Shown one piece after another: positions 24,963 to 38,500 of a DNA stretch of 44,610 bases. Under the pieces are notes generated by a model. It was not told the DNA's origin, ran no database searches, and was given only the letters and a program-made list of their open reading frames with translations. This stretch comes from Chara braunii (lineage: Eukaryota; Plantae; Charophyceae): positions 3,352,428 through 3,397,037 of the forward strand of contig BFEA01000007.1 in assembly GCA_003427395.1 (NCBI GenBank). Direction: 5' to 3'. Within the stretch, counting starts at the first letter, position 1, and every line of letters begins with the position of its first letter. The translations under genes and the position numbers were made by a program.

Positions 24963-26435
24963 GGTATTCGCTTTTCACTTGAGTTATTTTTTGTTGTCTT
25001 TTAGAAAGAAAAATCCCAGCTGCTTTAAAAATTAGTTTGTGCATTTCAAAGGGAGCCCGCACGGTAGCACGGTAGCACGGTAGCACGGCGCAAGGCGGCC
25101 TAGCGGCAACAACTCAAAGTTGTTGTCGTGGGAGGTAAGGTTGACGTCAACCCTGGGTAATGCTACCATGCACGACCGATTCTCACAGCCCATGGCGACC
25201 ATGTCCATTTGTTGTGGGCATGGCAGACTATTGCCTCTTTGAACTTGTTGTTGGGTGTGGGTGCGACATGATGCGTGTAAGGACGTCTACTTTTCCATGG
25301 GAGCTCTCCTCCTATACGCTAATTGTAACTTTGAGACATGCTAATTGTAACCAATATCGGTGCAGTTGGTGAGACTGGTCTTTAGATATGGAACTCATTT
25401 CAATTGAGTTTTTGTTGCATCGTTTTAAACTTTTAGACGTATATGGGTTTCATCTAATGGTGGTGCTCTACTTCGTAAAAGCCACATTTGATGGGAGGTG
25501 AAGTCGAAGTGAGGCTAGCAGATGCAACTGTTGATTGTCTCTATTAAAGGTGCATTGTTTTAGACAACCACAACAGTAGAGTTGGAGTGGTTGACATGCC
25601 GTAGAGGTATTGACCCTCTTTGTGGTTTATGTTGTTTCTGTCACTACGTGGTGCTGGTTTCCTATCCAAAAGAAAGTGGGCACAACTAGGGGGTATATGA
25701 GATGAGAGCAGGGTCTCTATCTGAAAGAAAGTGGGCGGGATGGATGATTGTCTGTTAAGTGAGGGAGGGGTTGGTGATTTTTTGTCGTGGAGGTTTTGTT
25801 CGTTTGTTTCCTTCTACCATGTTTGCTCTCTTATAAAGTTATGAGTGTTGATCACTTGGAATCTATTAGAGAGAGCTCCGTTGGTTTTCTTATGGCTTCC
25901 ACTACTGTTTTAGTTGTGGTTTCACTTTTCAGTTAATTTTTCGAGGTAGCTGAATGTTGTTTCGCGTTATTGTTGGGATGTTTTGAAAGCCCTTTGTTTT
26001 TATGGGCTTCACTTTGTTAAACCCATAGTACCTTTCCCAGATATCGGTTGTGGGCCTGAATTTGCCTTGCGCGCCAGAGAGAAACGAACTGACATGGAGG
26101 TATCTGGCTGGCGCCGCTCGCCATTTCACCACGAGCCTTAACTTTTGTGTTAATTTCCATAGTATTTTTTTTCAAGCAGGGAAAGGTACAAGTGGTTTAA
26201 GTATTTCCATTTGGATTTTTGCTTTTGTTTTTTTGGGAATTATTATTCGTTAGGAACTTCGAAGGAATTTTTGATGGTTGGTTTTGTTGTCTTTAGTTAC
26301 AATTCCCCTCGGTGATCATGAAAATTTTTTGCCTTTCATCATTTTTACTTTTTGTGGACCGTCTTTTAGGAATTGTGGCATGGGGGAGCTCGGCTTGAGG
26401 TTGAGGCTGTTAGGCTCTTCAACCCCTTGTTAGTT

Positions 26436-28820
26436 GAAAGCCGAAGCTCGGCAATGGCCCCGGTACGATGGGATTTACTGTCGTGTATTTTGCCTTGGGC
26501 ACCGAGGCCATAATGAAGTCATCAACCGTTTTAGGCAAAAAAAACAAAAGAATCTCGATTGTTTCTCTTGTAAAAAAATATATGAAAGGCACAACTACTG
26601 CCAAGGGCTTCAAATACAGTAGAATGCGTTCCCCATGAGGAGGCTCTTGCTCAAATCAGGAGATAGTAGGGGAAGGGAGACATGAACACCTGATAGCAGA
26701 AGTCGATGAAGCTGAAAAATATGAATCCGGTACTAAATAAATGGATGAATAAGCACACACATAAGTATGTATGCATACAGCAGGGCCACCCTGATGTACA
26801 GGACCAGACTGGTGTGCAGGCCAATAAGGGCTTATATTGATAGACCCGGTACCCAGGTAAAAGGAGTGTCATTGGATGATTGTTGAATCCATAATGGATC
26901 CTTAGATACAATCAAACTTTGCTTTCTGCGAAAGAGGAGTCCCAAGATGATCATAGAGGAATGCCTAGAAATATTGTGCCGCATGCATGCTCCATGGAAA
27001 GCCCATGAAGTGCAAAGCTACCAATATCCCAGAGTTTGAGAATCCTAGTATGGGCTTAAAAATCTTGCATGATGTCGAGCAACAGTAGTCCACATACAAG
27101 GCCTAAAGTCGAGAAGAAAGCAAGGAACTGATGTCTTGAACCACTGGCACATTCCCCAAGCATTCTTCTACTACACGGCTGCATGTGCACCCCGTCCGGC
27201 ATGATGTACCAGTCTGCCACCTCGTGAAAAGTACACCCATCCTGACCCAGGCAAGACAGGCCGTGCAGTGCGTGCATGCGACGTGCCTGGATTTATTTCT
27301 TGCGAATCTGGATTTTGTTTTGCGAACCGTTATGCAACCTCGTCGTAGAGAAATGGTTGGCAAACATAGAGGTGGTTTAAGGCCTAGGAGCCCTAAGTAT
27401 GAATGCCCCGAAAAAAAAGCCACACAACACCTTACTCATCTAGAAGGGTATGAAAGGGTATAAGGATGAAGGTCGCAGACCATACATTGGGTGGGAGATG
27501 GCCTCAAGAGGGAGTTCAGGGGATGCCGCACTAAGAGGCAAATTTCAAATGGATGCATCCACAAAACAGTAAGCATAAGGCCCAAGGGGGGAGTCAACCA
27601 TATGAAAGCCTGAGGCATGCTAGTAAAGGCAGTATAACCATTACACACGTCAGAAACGAACCAAATTGAAGCTCCCCAAGATAAACCCATGGAGGCAGCA
27701 CCACAACCATATATCACAATGGGGAACTCCATATAGGGGTTATACCAGTAATACAGTGTTAGGTAGACCATGAAACAGATATGCAACACCCATTCAGCCA
27801 ACCAACCCGAACTCTGGATATGCCCTAAGATCCCTACACGGTTTATAAGTTGTAACATCCACAACTGTTTTGCTGCAAATGGTGGACCTGGTTGGCTGAA
27901 TACTACCCGTAGCTTGCATCTGAAGCAGGCTCCAAAAAGTCGTGATCCCAACTCTCAGCAGGAACTGAAAGGTTGACTAAGGGATGTTGGACCCGGTTTC
28001 CAACAGGTGCTGCTCTCCTCCCATAGATTGGCGTCATTGGACGTGCAGACCTCGATGCTGGCAGTTTGTTCCCCAACGTCAGGATGGTGGACTTCTCGTC
28101 CGACATTCTCTTTTCTTTTTGTTTTTTTTTCCAGAGTGGAGGTACCACGCCATTGCTCTCGATTGACGATCTTGAGGGCGACACAGCTCGACCGGGAGCG
28201 CTGTCCCGCCCGTACCCGGATTTCGGCCCACGATAGTGGTGCGACCAAAGGGGCGTTGGGGCGTAAAGCCGTCAGCCCTGTGAGGAACAACCCAACGAAG
28301 TGACTCGGTGAGGATGTATGGCCGCGTGATTGGCTCGCATGGAGATGTTGGTGACAGCGCCACATGAGGAGAGGTTGGCCTGTCACATGAAGGTTCATGG
28401 TTGGTAGCTTAGTTTCCTCCGTCCTCCTTCATCTGCACTACGTGAAGTGGCAGACAAAGGGTTCTGGTGCGGGCTCGAATCTCCTATGGTAACTCGTCGA
28501 CGGGCTCGACGAGGCGTCATCACACCATCCAGTATTTTGAAGGGTTGTGGATGGTCGTTGATACCTTTGTCTCTGGCGTCGACACTGTGGTTGATAGCTG
28601 AGGCTGTCACAGCTGGCGGGTGGAGGGAGGCTTGATGTTTCCCTCCCGAAGGTGGTGGGGTCGGGTTCGAGTAATGGTAGGTGGATGAAGGGGAGGCAGA
28701 GGGAGCTTTTCGAGGGACTCTTTATGAAAGAATAGCGCTTCAAGGAGGAAGGAGGACATTGACGACCTGATTCGAGAGACCATCTTTTTCGAGTTTGATA
28801 TATCGCCATCTGAACTGAAG
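26436..28820 (-). mobile_element. Probable 3' portion of a non-LTR retrotransposon, decayed
   Basis: Broken minus-strand frames with a Cys/His cluster (HVACTHCTAC...CRTGCTC) and hydrophobic W-rich segments typical of ORF2 C-termini. Ends at a structured motif shared with 30794-30819. No catalytic motif recognised. Confidence 0.35.
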
Positions 28821-28822
28821 AC

Positions 28823-29460
28823 TGTCACGGTGATGCAGTTTTGTGTGTCAACAGGGCTTCGAGTTTTATAATGCTTTCTGATTTGGTTATTCCATGATAA
28901 TCAGTCAGACTTTATACCACTTGCTTGTCTTTTCTATTCTGATTTCTAAGTTCGTAGTGTTTTCTGATTTGGTTGTTCCATGAAAATCGGTTTGACCTTG
29001 TACTACATGTTTGTCTCTTATATTCCGATTTATAAGTTCACATGTCGTAATCCTTGATGTTCATTAAAATGATAACGATCTAATCCATATTTTTTGAATT
29101 CGAGCGAATCTTAATTGTTTCTGAAATAACTTATGGGCAATATTTCTTAAATTAGAGATTCGTAAATCAGAGCTCTACTCCGATCGAAAAAAGAATACCA
29201 ATAACGATGGGCAAATGGTTTTGAAGTTCTTGAAGTTCGGTCTAATTTGCAAGTAACTCTCTAAAATTTTCTTAAAGTACAACTTATTCTCAATTTGATG
29301 TTCGTAAATCGGAGTTTGCTCTGATCTCAGAAGTAAATTGTCAACTAATGGATTCCTAATTGACTGAGACCTAGTCGATTAATCTAGTAAGGTGCGAGTT
29401 GTTAAAACTGGATAGTAGAATCAACTTCGATCTCAAATAGTGACTACTCAAGTAATCGGT
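28823..29460. repeat. LTR-like AT-rich segment with internal diverged tandem repeats
   Basis: Begins TGTCACGG. TTTCTGATTTGGTT at 28875 and 28961 (86-bp period). TCGTAAATC(A/G)GAG at ~29160 and ~29302. Confidence 0.5.
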
Positions 29461-30780
29461 CTTATTTTGTTGTTCTTAGCAATTGCGCCTCAGTCCGTGG
29501 TGTTGTGGGATCAGGGTCATAGGTGTTGAATGAATTATCTCCTTTAGGGTTGGAGTCCCTCCCTGCGAGGGTTACATAAGGTAGGTGGTGTGATCCTTGA
29601 GAGGGTAAGGGCAGTATTGAAAGTTCGTCCTTTTTTGGCCCACGCTGATTCTTGGGTCGGATCAACTATGGCGGTTGTGGAGAGAGTACAAGGGGTGCTG
29701 TGGTCAGCAGAGTGAGAGTTGAGAGGGTTGTTCCGCTTAGAGGAGGTGGAGCAGGAAGGAAGGGGGATCTTCGTCTCTGTGGGGGCATACTTTAGGGGGT
29801 ACTGTCTGCGACTTAGGGAGCAGGCGGGGTATTCTGGGGGTTGTTCTAGACTGGGGCGGGAAGGTGAGGGGGCGCCTTCCCGCGGAGGCAAAGAACAGAC
29901 AGGGGGTTGTCTTTTGGGGGAGAGGAGTAATCTCTTTGGTCCTTATGACCTCTTTACATGTAACTGAGACTTCAATAGGCGCTGGAGTTTCCATGAGGTT
30001 TCCCCTCTTCCTGTGGGAATAGTAGGCGTCGAAATGCTCATGTGATATTTTGGAATCTTTTGATTTCTTGTTTTTCTTATTGAAAATTTCTTTCGAGGTT
30101 TGGTGTTGAAGGCAGGAATAGTGGTACTATGACGGTGGGAGATGACGTGTTCTGCAGCGAAGGGGCTAGCATGTAAGGTTGAAATAGGGTACAACAACGG
30201 TGGAGAGGGTGGCTTCACCGTGGTAAGACTTATCGGAGTAGGGCTGAGAGGGATTTTTTGGGGGATATCTGCAACCAATGTATGAAGGAGATGAATGATG
30301 GGATCTACAACTATGGTGCTGATTGGTGGCTTGACTGGTATTTGCCTTAGTCCTAAGTCCCAGTGTTTTACGAATAGACGAGGCCAGAAGGACCCTGGTC
30401 GGTGCTGGGGCTTGGTTGTGCTGCCCTGTAACTCAAGTTGTACGAGGGCATAAAACCTGGTAGAGAGATCTGGAGAGTTGTCGAGGTGGAAGGCATTCTA
30501 GCGTCTCTTGGTGAGCTAGTGCCTTGTCGATGTTGGCCGGAGTTAGGGTGGGTCGCTTCACCCTGTGGCCTAGTAGGTGGTGGGGTTCTAGGGTGGGCCG
30601 TGCCACTCTGTAATTTGGCAGTTGGGGGCATGAGGCCTGGTAGAGATTGGGCATCGAGATATAGGGGTGAGGCACGTAGGGTTGGGCTGCTGAAAGGCCC
30701 TAAACCAGATGGTTCTTTCGTTCTGAATGCTCCTTTGATTTGAGCTTTAGGGGATAAATAATTTTATTGTTCTTGTACAC
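29460..30780 (-). mobile_element. Possible non-LTR retroelement remnant
   Basis: Minus strand has the same A/C-rich bias as the LINE at 2.6-10.4 kb and fragmented ORFs. No diagnostic motif. Confidence 0.3.
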
Positions 30781-30987
30781 AGTTGTCTTTCTTAGCCGAA
30801 GCCGGGTAATGGCCCCGGTGTCTCAAGGATTTTTCCATAAATTTTTCAATTACTGAATATAATATTGAATGGGACGCTCGCCCCGGCTCCTAGCACATAC
30901 TGCTCCTCACGAATAGATTGGAGCATGTTCCCCCCCCCCCCCCAAGAAAAAAGTAAGAGAAACAGGGGAACCAAAGTCTTCTTTTTC

Positions 30988-31969
30988 TTTTTTTTAGTAA
31001 AAAGGTGGTAAACCCTACATCTTAGAGAGAGAGAGATGTCTAGAAATTTATAATCAGCGACGCAAAACTTAGGTGGTACACCCTAACACTTTTTTGTATT
31101 ATACTCTGAATGATCCATTTATCAATAGTTACATTCACCAGGATCCAGATCATCCAGGACCATTCACCCACCAGGCAGGTACAGGTAACCAGGACAATTC
31201 GCAGTGGAGGATGAGGAAAACCATCAGGAAAGAAACCTTGACAGTTCTGATGTGCATACCAACCGGTCGGGAATACGACTAGCTGCCCACTTCTTGTCAC
31301 TGCAACTAACATTTGCATGCAGTATTGTGGTGCTTCGACAGACGAATGGTGTGTCGCCAAAAGCATGACCACCTGCTCTTGTCACTTGATGCGTACATCT
31401 TCGCAGTTCGGGTCACACAAAGTTTGTGAAATGGTGTCCGCTAGTGTACCATTTTGCCAGCTCATTAGCCCAAGATAGCATTGTCATTTGACGCAAAACT
31501 TTTTTTTAGTAAAAAGGTGGTAGACCCTACATCTCAGAGAGAGAGAGAGATGTCTAGAAATTTATAATCAGCGTCGCAAAACTTAGGTGGTACGCCCTAA
31601 CACTTTTTTGTATTATACTCTGAATGATCCATTTATCAATAGTTACATTCACCAGGATCCAGATCTTCCAGGACTATTCACCCACCAGGCAGGTACAGGT
31701 AACCAGGACAATTCGCAGTGGAGGATGAGGAAAAGCATCAGGAAAGAAACCTTGACAGTTCTGATGTGCATACCAACCGGTCGGGGATACGACTAGCTGC
31801 CCACTTTCTGTCAGTGCAACTAACATTTGCATGCAGTATTGTGGTGCTTCGACAGATGTCACTTAATGCGTACATCTTCGCAGTTCGGGTCACACAAAGT
31901 GTGTGAAATGGTGTTCGCTAGTGTACCATTTTGCCAGCTCATTAGCCCAAGATAGCATTGTCATTTGAC
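30988..31969. repeat. Tandem segmental duplication, ~0.5-kb unit x2
   Basis: ~30988-31492 and ~31501-31969 are near-identical. Copy 2 lacks a ~40-nt block (cgaatggtgtgtcgccaaaagcatgaccacctgctct) and has scattered substitutions. Confidence 0.95.
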
Positions 31970-32247
31970 AGTCTCGCCGCGTTCTCATACATAGCCACAA
32001 CATCATTCATCATTTGTGTCCACAATGACCTCTCTAACCCATGCACTCATGTGCAGTTCACCTTATCCATTCACACACAACTTGGGAAATGACATCCTAT
32101 AATGTATTCCATGACCCTCTATAGTATGTGGTAACCCAGTTGCAGAATTGTTATCAACAGCTTACTGCCACATAATGTGTATGTACTACATAATATGTAT
32201 TGTATACCTTGACCCCAACTGTAGATTGTTCTCAACAGCCAACTGCC

Positions 32248-32634
32248 TTAAAACAACCATTTCGTCAAAATGGACATTTTTTATTTTTTGAACGAAATTG
32301 AAACCTAGTTTTTTGGCCGAAAACTCGTCAAAATTTGTTGTTCCTGAGGGTCTAGCGTCTTACAAACGTTGGACCCCCTGGCTGTACATGGACCTAGCTT
32401 GACACCTGGCACCTCCAGGCAGGACTGGCTGGAGGTACCTGATCTCAAGCTAGGTCCATGTACAGTTGGAGGTACTTGGTCTCAAGCTAGGTCCATGTAC
32501 AACCAGGGGGTCCAGCGTTTTACAAACACGGACCCTCAGGAACAATAACTTTTGATGAGTTTTCGGCCAAAAAACTCGGTTTCAATTTCGTTCAAAAAAT
32601 AAAAGATGTCCATTTTGCGAAATGGCAGTTTTAG
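32248..32634. mobile_element. Fold-back (palindromic) MITE
   Basis: Left arm taaaacaaccatttcg...gtacatggacctagcttga...cctcca is the reverse complement of right arm tggagg...tcaagctaggtccatgtac...cgaaatggcagtttta, over ~165 bp. The right arm has an internal ~38-bp duplication. Confidence 0.85.
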
Positions 32635-33056
32635 AATATATACACATATATTATATACATGTAATTGAGCCTAGTCTCGTCAGTCAATCATGTTGCCAGA
32701 TAACAATGTCGTGCAATGTCGTGAGATAATCATTCTAGCTAGTCCATCAAATTCGAAGTCATTGACATACATGATCCTTGAGTTCCACGTGTAAAGTCTT
32801 CAAGTCAAGAGTAGCCAGACTATAAAAGAAAGGGGGAAGAAGACACATATGAAAGGAGAAGAATATCGTAGCAATCAAGTCCCTCTTTTTCTTCAGACTT
32901 CCCCACCTCTGCCACGTCAGCAATCTGTACACATTATGACATGTGGATGATGTAAATGCAGCCCCTCACAGATGAGGGATCCTTCAGCGGCGAGCAGAAT
33001 CACCAGCAGCATCATATCAGGTGAGACCAGGTATGCGCACACGACATCACACCTCG

Positions 33057-33060
<4 letters not shown>

Positions 33061-33122
<62 letters not shown>
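33061..33122. repeat. (CT)n microsatellite
   Basis: Direct reading. Confidence 0.98.
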
Positions 33123-33124
<2 letters not shown>

Positions 33125-33254
33125 ACTACCTCGCCGTCTCCTAATGACAAAGCAATGACAGCCTTCTCATCTCTCTCCTCTCATACCACAACATCTGGTT
33201 GGCGGCCACAAAGCAGCTTGGTGCCAGCGTCCACCTCTCAAGTCTCAAAGGTTC

Positions 33255-33537
33255 CCTTTTTTTTTGTTTTTTTTATTTTAATGCTTGTTTTTTTTCGTTT
33301 TCTATTTTAAAAAAATCCCAAAAAGCGTCAAAATCCCCCCCCCCAAAAAAAGTGGATGTAGGGAATTTCAAACCTTACAACCCTATATTTGTTTTTCTTT
33401 TTTTGGCCTATTATTCTATTTTTTTTAAATCACTGGTTTTTGTGGCCGATGTTGGTCCCCGCGGCTGCCTCCCGCGGACATGACCATGACCGCATGCCGT
33501 AAAATGTCCCACGGTCATGACCACGGGTGATACATAG
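33255..33537. mobile_element. Right end of a CT...AG-type non-autonomous DNA transposon, CATGAC-motif type
   Basis: Ends GGTGATACATAG (reverse complement CTATGTATCACC). Repeated CATGACC/GGTCATGACC. Internal hairpin ggatgtaggg...ccttacaacc also present at 38438-38466. Left end not found. Confidence 0.55.
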
Positions 33538-33809
33538 ACTATTACGAGGTAAAGTTTTATAACCAATCGTTGTCTTAAGCTTGCTAGTTTAGTACAAGAG
33601 AACTCTTACCTACCGCTCCTGCTATCATCTCTGCATACTAGAGAGGTCTAAGAATTTAAGCCTAAAATGGAATGTCTGCGCTGGAGCTCAAAATCAGGCA
33701 TGATGGAATGTTGTAACTTGTGTGCCAAAATTGCTACTGGGCTCCGATCGTGCCCTCAACACCCAAAAAAAACAAGCACAAACGGTCAAGGCCCAGACCG
33801 ACAATTGCT

Positions 33810-34657
<848 letters not shown>

Positions 34658-37420
34658 CCTTGTATTGCTTTTGAGGTCTTCCTCTACCACCCGTGGAGAA
34701 GAACTTGTGTTCAATTATCCTCTCTACGTGGTACCCGTCATTCATTGAAGGAGGAAATGGAGACGGTCTACTTGAAAATTCATGTCCTTCAATGTAGAGT
34801 AGCAACTTAGAGGCATGGAAGACTGGGTTCGTCCTTGGATGAGGGTATATCAATTTGGTAGGAAGGTCCCCCTGTATCGCCTATCACTTTAATAACTCCC
34901 CACGGTCCGTAGCGGACAAGTGGCAGTTTCTGGGAGATATTTTCTTCAAGTGAGAATTCATTGTATTTAACCCATACCATGTCTCCTTCTTTGAACTGCG
35001 AAGGTCTTCGATGCTTATTTGCCTGTTCAATCATTCACCGTTGAGCATTTCTTATGTTCTTTTTTACCTTGTCAATGTGTTGCTCATACAAAACTACAAA
35101 TTGTCGGGTTCCTGAGGGCAACCTTTGGATTTGATCTCTAGTTAGAGAGTTGATTGGTCACAGAGTTTGCCAACCTTTGTGCAGTGCATTGGGTGTTCGC
35201 ACTGTAACAATATGTACTGTGTTGTTGTATGCGCTTGCAATCTTGGGTAGATTCTCATCCCAGTCAACTTGGTCAGAACGCAGATACATACATAGGAGTT
35301 ATTGGCATAACTTGTTCATTTGTTTAGTTTGAACTTTAGTCAAAGAATATCGCTCTAATGACATAATCCACCTAATGCCATTGACTTCCATCAATTTTTG
35401 TCATTGATCCTCAGTGAATTTCACATCTCTATCTGACAGAATGGTTGTAGGGAATCCATACTAAAAAATTCATCGTATCCGAAATTTTTGAATGACAAGT
35501 TTTGTTCTTGCTTTCCGAAGCAAGGGTACAAACATGGCTTACTTAGAGACTCGGTCCACAATTACCATCACCAGACTATTTTCATTTCGACTCTTAATTA
35601 GACTCATGAAATCGATGAAAATGGACCCACCTGGCCTTTCAGGAATCGGTAGTAGTCTCAATTGTCCCAAAGGACTCTCGAGGGATGGCTTGTTGAGTTG
35701 GCACACAAGGCAAATTCTCACGTACGTTAGTGTGTCATCCTTCATTCCTTGCCAAAAAACTGGTTCTCGGACATTGACAAAAATCTTTTTAAACCCAAAT
35801 TATCCCTCTGTGTCATGACACTCACCAATAATTAAACTCTTTGCAGGTTTATTATGGAGGACACAATTTTCTTTTTCATTTCCATCAATGGAGAAAAATA
35901 TTCGGTGTGTCATTCCGTAGTGAAGGAAACGCTCATGATTAGATTTCATATTCTCTATAATAGGTTGCCAAAATTGGTCAGTGACATATCATTTTTGAAT
36001 CTTATTCTTCAGGTCGTTTCCAATGTCTAAGTAGGTGACAATTGTTCCAAAGAAATCAATTTTGCGTGAGAGAGTTTCAACTATCGTATTGTACTTACCC
36101 TTTATGCTTTCCAACTCAAAATCATAAGTATCAATGATAGATAACAATCTGACAAGCTTGTGAGTAAGACGAGGTTGCGTCTTAAGCCAATTCAAAGTAT
36201 CATGGTCTTAATAAACTTTGAGGTGTTTACCGAGGAGGTAGTGCTTCCAGGTTAGTAGAGCTTGCAACAGAGCAAATAATTCTCTTTCATATGTTGAGTT
36301 TGCTACCTTAGTCGAAGTGATATAAACTCAATTGGTCGATAACCCTTCCCATCATTTTGTTCCAGTATAATCTCTATCCTATATTGACTTGTGCAAGTGG
36401 TCACAACGAAAGACAAGGATGAATCTGCAATTTTCATAACAGGGTAGTGAGTAAGTGCATATTTTAACTTTCTAAATACCGACTAATAGTTTTTATCCCA
36501 AAGCCAAATGGTTTCTTTCTTCAGGAATCTCCTTATTGGGGCAGCTTTGAAGGAGAAATTTCTAACGAACTTCCTGTAATAGCTGGCCAGTCCAAGAAAG
36601 GAATGCAAGTTAGTTAGAGTTTTAGGCTTAGATAAATCTCTTCTAACAACAATTTTATTTTCCTCTGGTCTCAACCCATCTTCATTCACAACATGTCCTA
36701 GGTATAAAACTTCGAGCTTTGCAAATTCAAAATTCTTAGGATTCAATTTGAAGTTCCATTCTCTCAGTTTTTTTGTAGGACCAAACACATATGTTTTTCA
36801 TGGTCTTCCTGTAATGATCTCATCAAGGTATACTACTATGAATTGGTTCAACCATTCTCCGAAGGGCTCCGAAGGAGTCATTCATTGACCTTTGGAAAGT
36901 AACAGGTGCGTTAGTCAACCCAAACGGCATCATTAGGAACTCATAGTGACCATACCTTGTTTTGAATGTCGTTTTGTATTGATCTTCAAGAGCTATCTCG
37001 ATCAAGTGATAGTCAGACTTCAAGTCAATTTTACTGAATTACTTGCATCCTTGCAATTGGTTTAGAAGGTCATCAATTCGAAGGAGGGGCTTGATATTCT
37101 TAAAAGTGACCTCGTTCAACCCTCGATAGTCAATACCGAGTCGCCATTCTCCTTCCCTTTTCGAAACAACCAGAATAGGAGCCCCATAAGGAGACGAGAT
37201 AGGTTTGATTCATCCCTTATTAATTAGTTCCTGCAGTTACTTCCTTAACTCATAAAGTGACTTCGAGGACATACGATTAATTGTTCATTTAAGAATTTTT
37301 TTTTCGATAACTATCTCAATGGTTTGTTTTACCCTCTTTTAGTTACCCTCGTTGGTTCATTCTATAGTAAGGGTAAACAGCGGCAAAATGATACTCAAAT
37401 TTAGGAGGGTCATCAGTAGG
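34658..37420 (-). mobile_element. Chromoviral Ty3/Gypsy pol (RT-RNaseH-integrase-partial chromodomain), decayed
   Basis: [54 protein letters not shown]...IFIDFM...MVIVDRVSK, RYGPWGVIKVIG (GPY/F) and YHVERIIEH...QKQYKV (chromodomain start). Related to 12540-15190. Confidence 0.92.
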
Positions 37421-37683
37421 CTATGTATAAAGGGTCAACAAAGTCAACGACCCGAGAAACGTCGTTTGCGGCAACAAATGAAAATCTGAGTTTTAACCTG
37501 CAAAATTTGAATTTTTCTGTAAAATCTCAGTTTTCAGCAAATCTGAGTATTTCGCAAATCTAAGTTTTTGCAAATTTGTTTTTTTTAAGAAAACGGATCT
37601 TGGAACTACGCAAGCGGGGAGGGACCAAAACTTAGATGTAGGGATACACCCTGACCCAACATCTCTCACCTTCTCCTTCCCCT

Positions 37684-38289
37684 ACCTCCATCACCATCTA
37701 CCATAGCCAACCACCGCACACCTCCTTCCTCCTCCACCCACATTACCCATTCGCCCATCCAGTATAACCAACCAGCACACACCCTCTTCCACCTCCACCT
37801 TCATCACCCATCCACCATAAGCCAAACACCACCCAACTTCTTATTCCCCCACCTCCATCACCCATCCACCATAGTTAACCACCGCACACCTATATCCTCC
37901 TCCACCGACATTAATCATCCGCCCATCCACTATAGCGAACCAGAACGGACCCTCTTCCACCTCCACCTTTATCACCCATCCACCATAAGGCAACCACCAA
38001 CCAACTTATTCTCCCTCCACCTCCATCATTCATCCACCATAGTCAATCACCACACACCTTCTTCCTCCACCTCCATCACTCATCCACCATTGCCAACCAC
38101 CACCCTACTTCTTATTTCCCCACCTCCATCACTCGTCTACCATACTAAGCCACCACCGAACTTCTTCTTCCTCCGTCTCCATCACTCATCCACCATAGCG
38201 AACCATCACACACCTTTTTCCTCCTCCACCTCCATCACCCGTCCTAAAAAATCAAGCACCACTCACCTTCTTCTTACTCCACGTCCATC
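37684..38289. repeat. C-rich minisatellite, ~11 units of ~50-58 bp
   Basis: Recurring acctccatcac(c/t)catccaccata..aaccacc...cttcttcctcc. Confidence 0.9.
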
Positions 38290-38500
38290 CTATGTCTCCC
38301 GCGTGGTCATGACAGCAAGGTCAAACTCGGATTGTGGTGGGGATCCCAACCGCCAGCCACGGCCCAGGCGGTCGGGCGCGACCGAGAATTTGTCATATTA
38401 AAAAAAGAAAAAAAAATTAAAAAACAAAAACATATAAGGTTGTAGGGTTTGAAAAATCCTACAACCCTGTATTTTTTGTTTTTTATTATGATTTGATCAG
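38290..38500. mobile_element. Left end of a CATGAC-type non-autonomous DNA transposon, truncated
   Basis: Starts CTATGTCTCCCGCGTGGTCATGAC, followed by an A-tract, the hairpin ggttgtaggg...cctacaacc, and a T-tract. Confidence 0.55.

Noticed and set aside
33199-33235. Histone H3-like ATKQL snippet downstream of the type-I-like element
   Set aside because: Residue order and flanks do not match H3; chance similarity.
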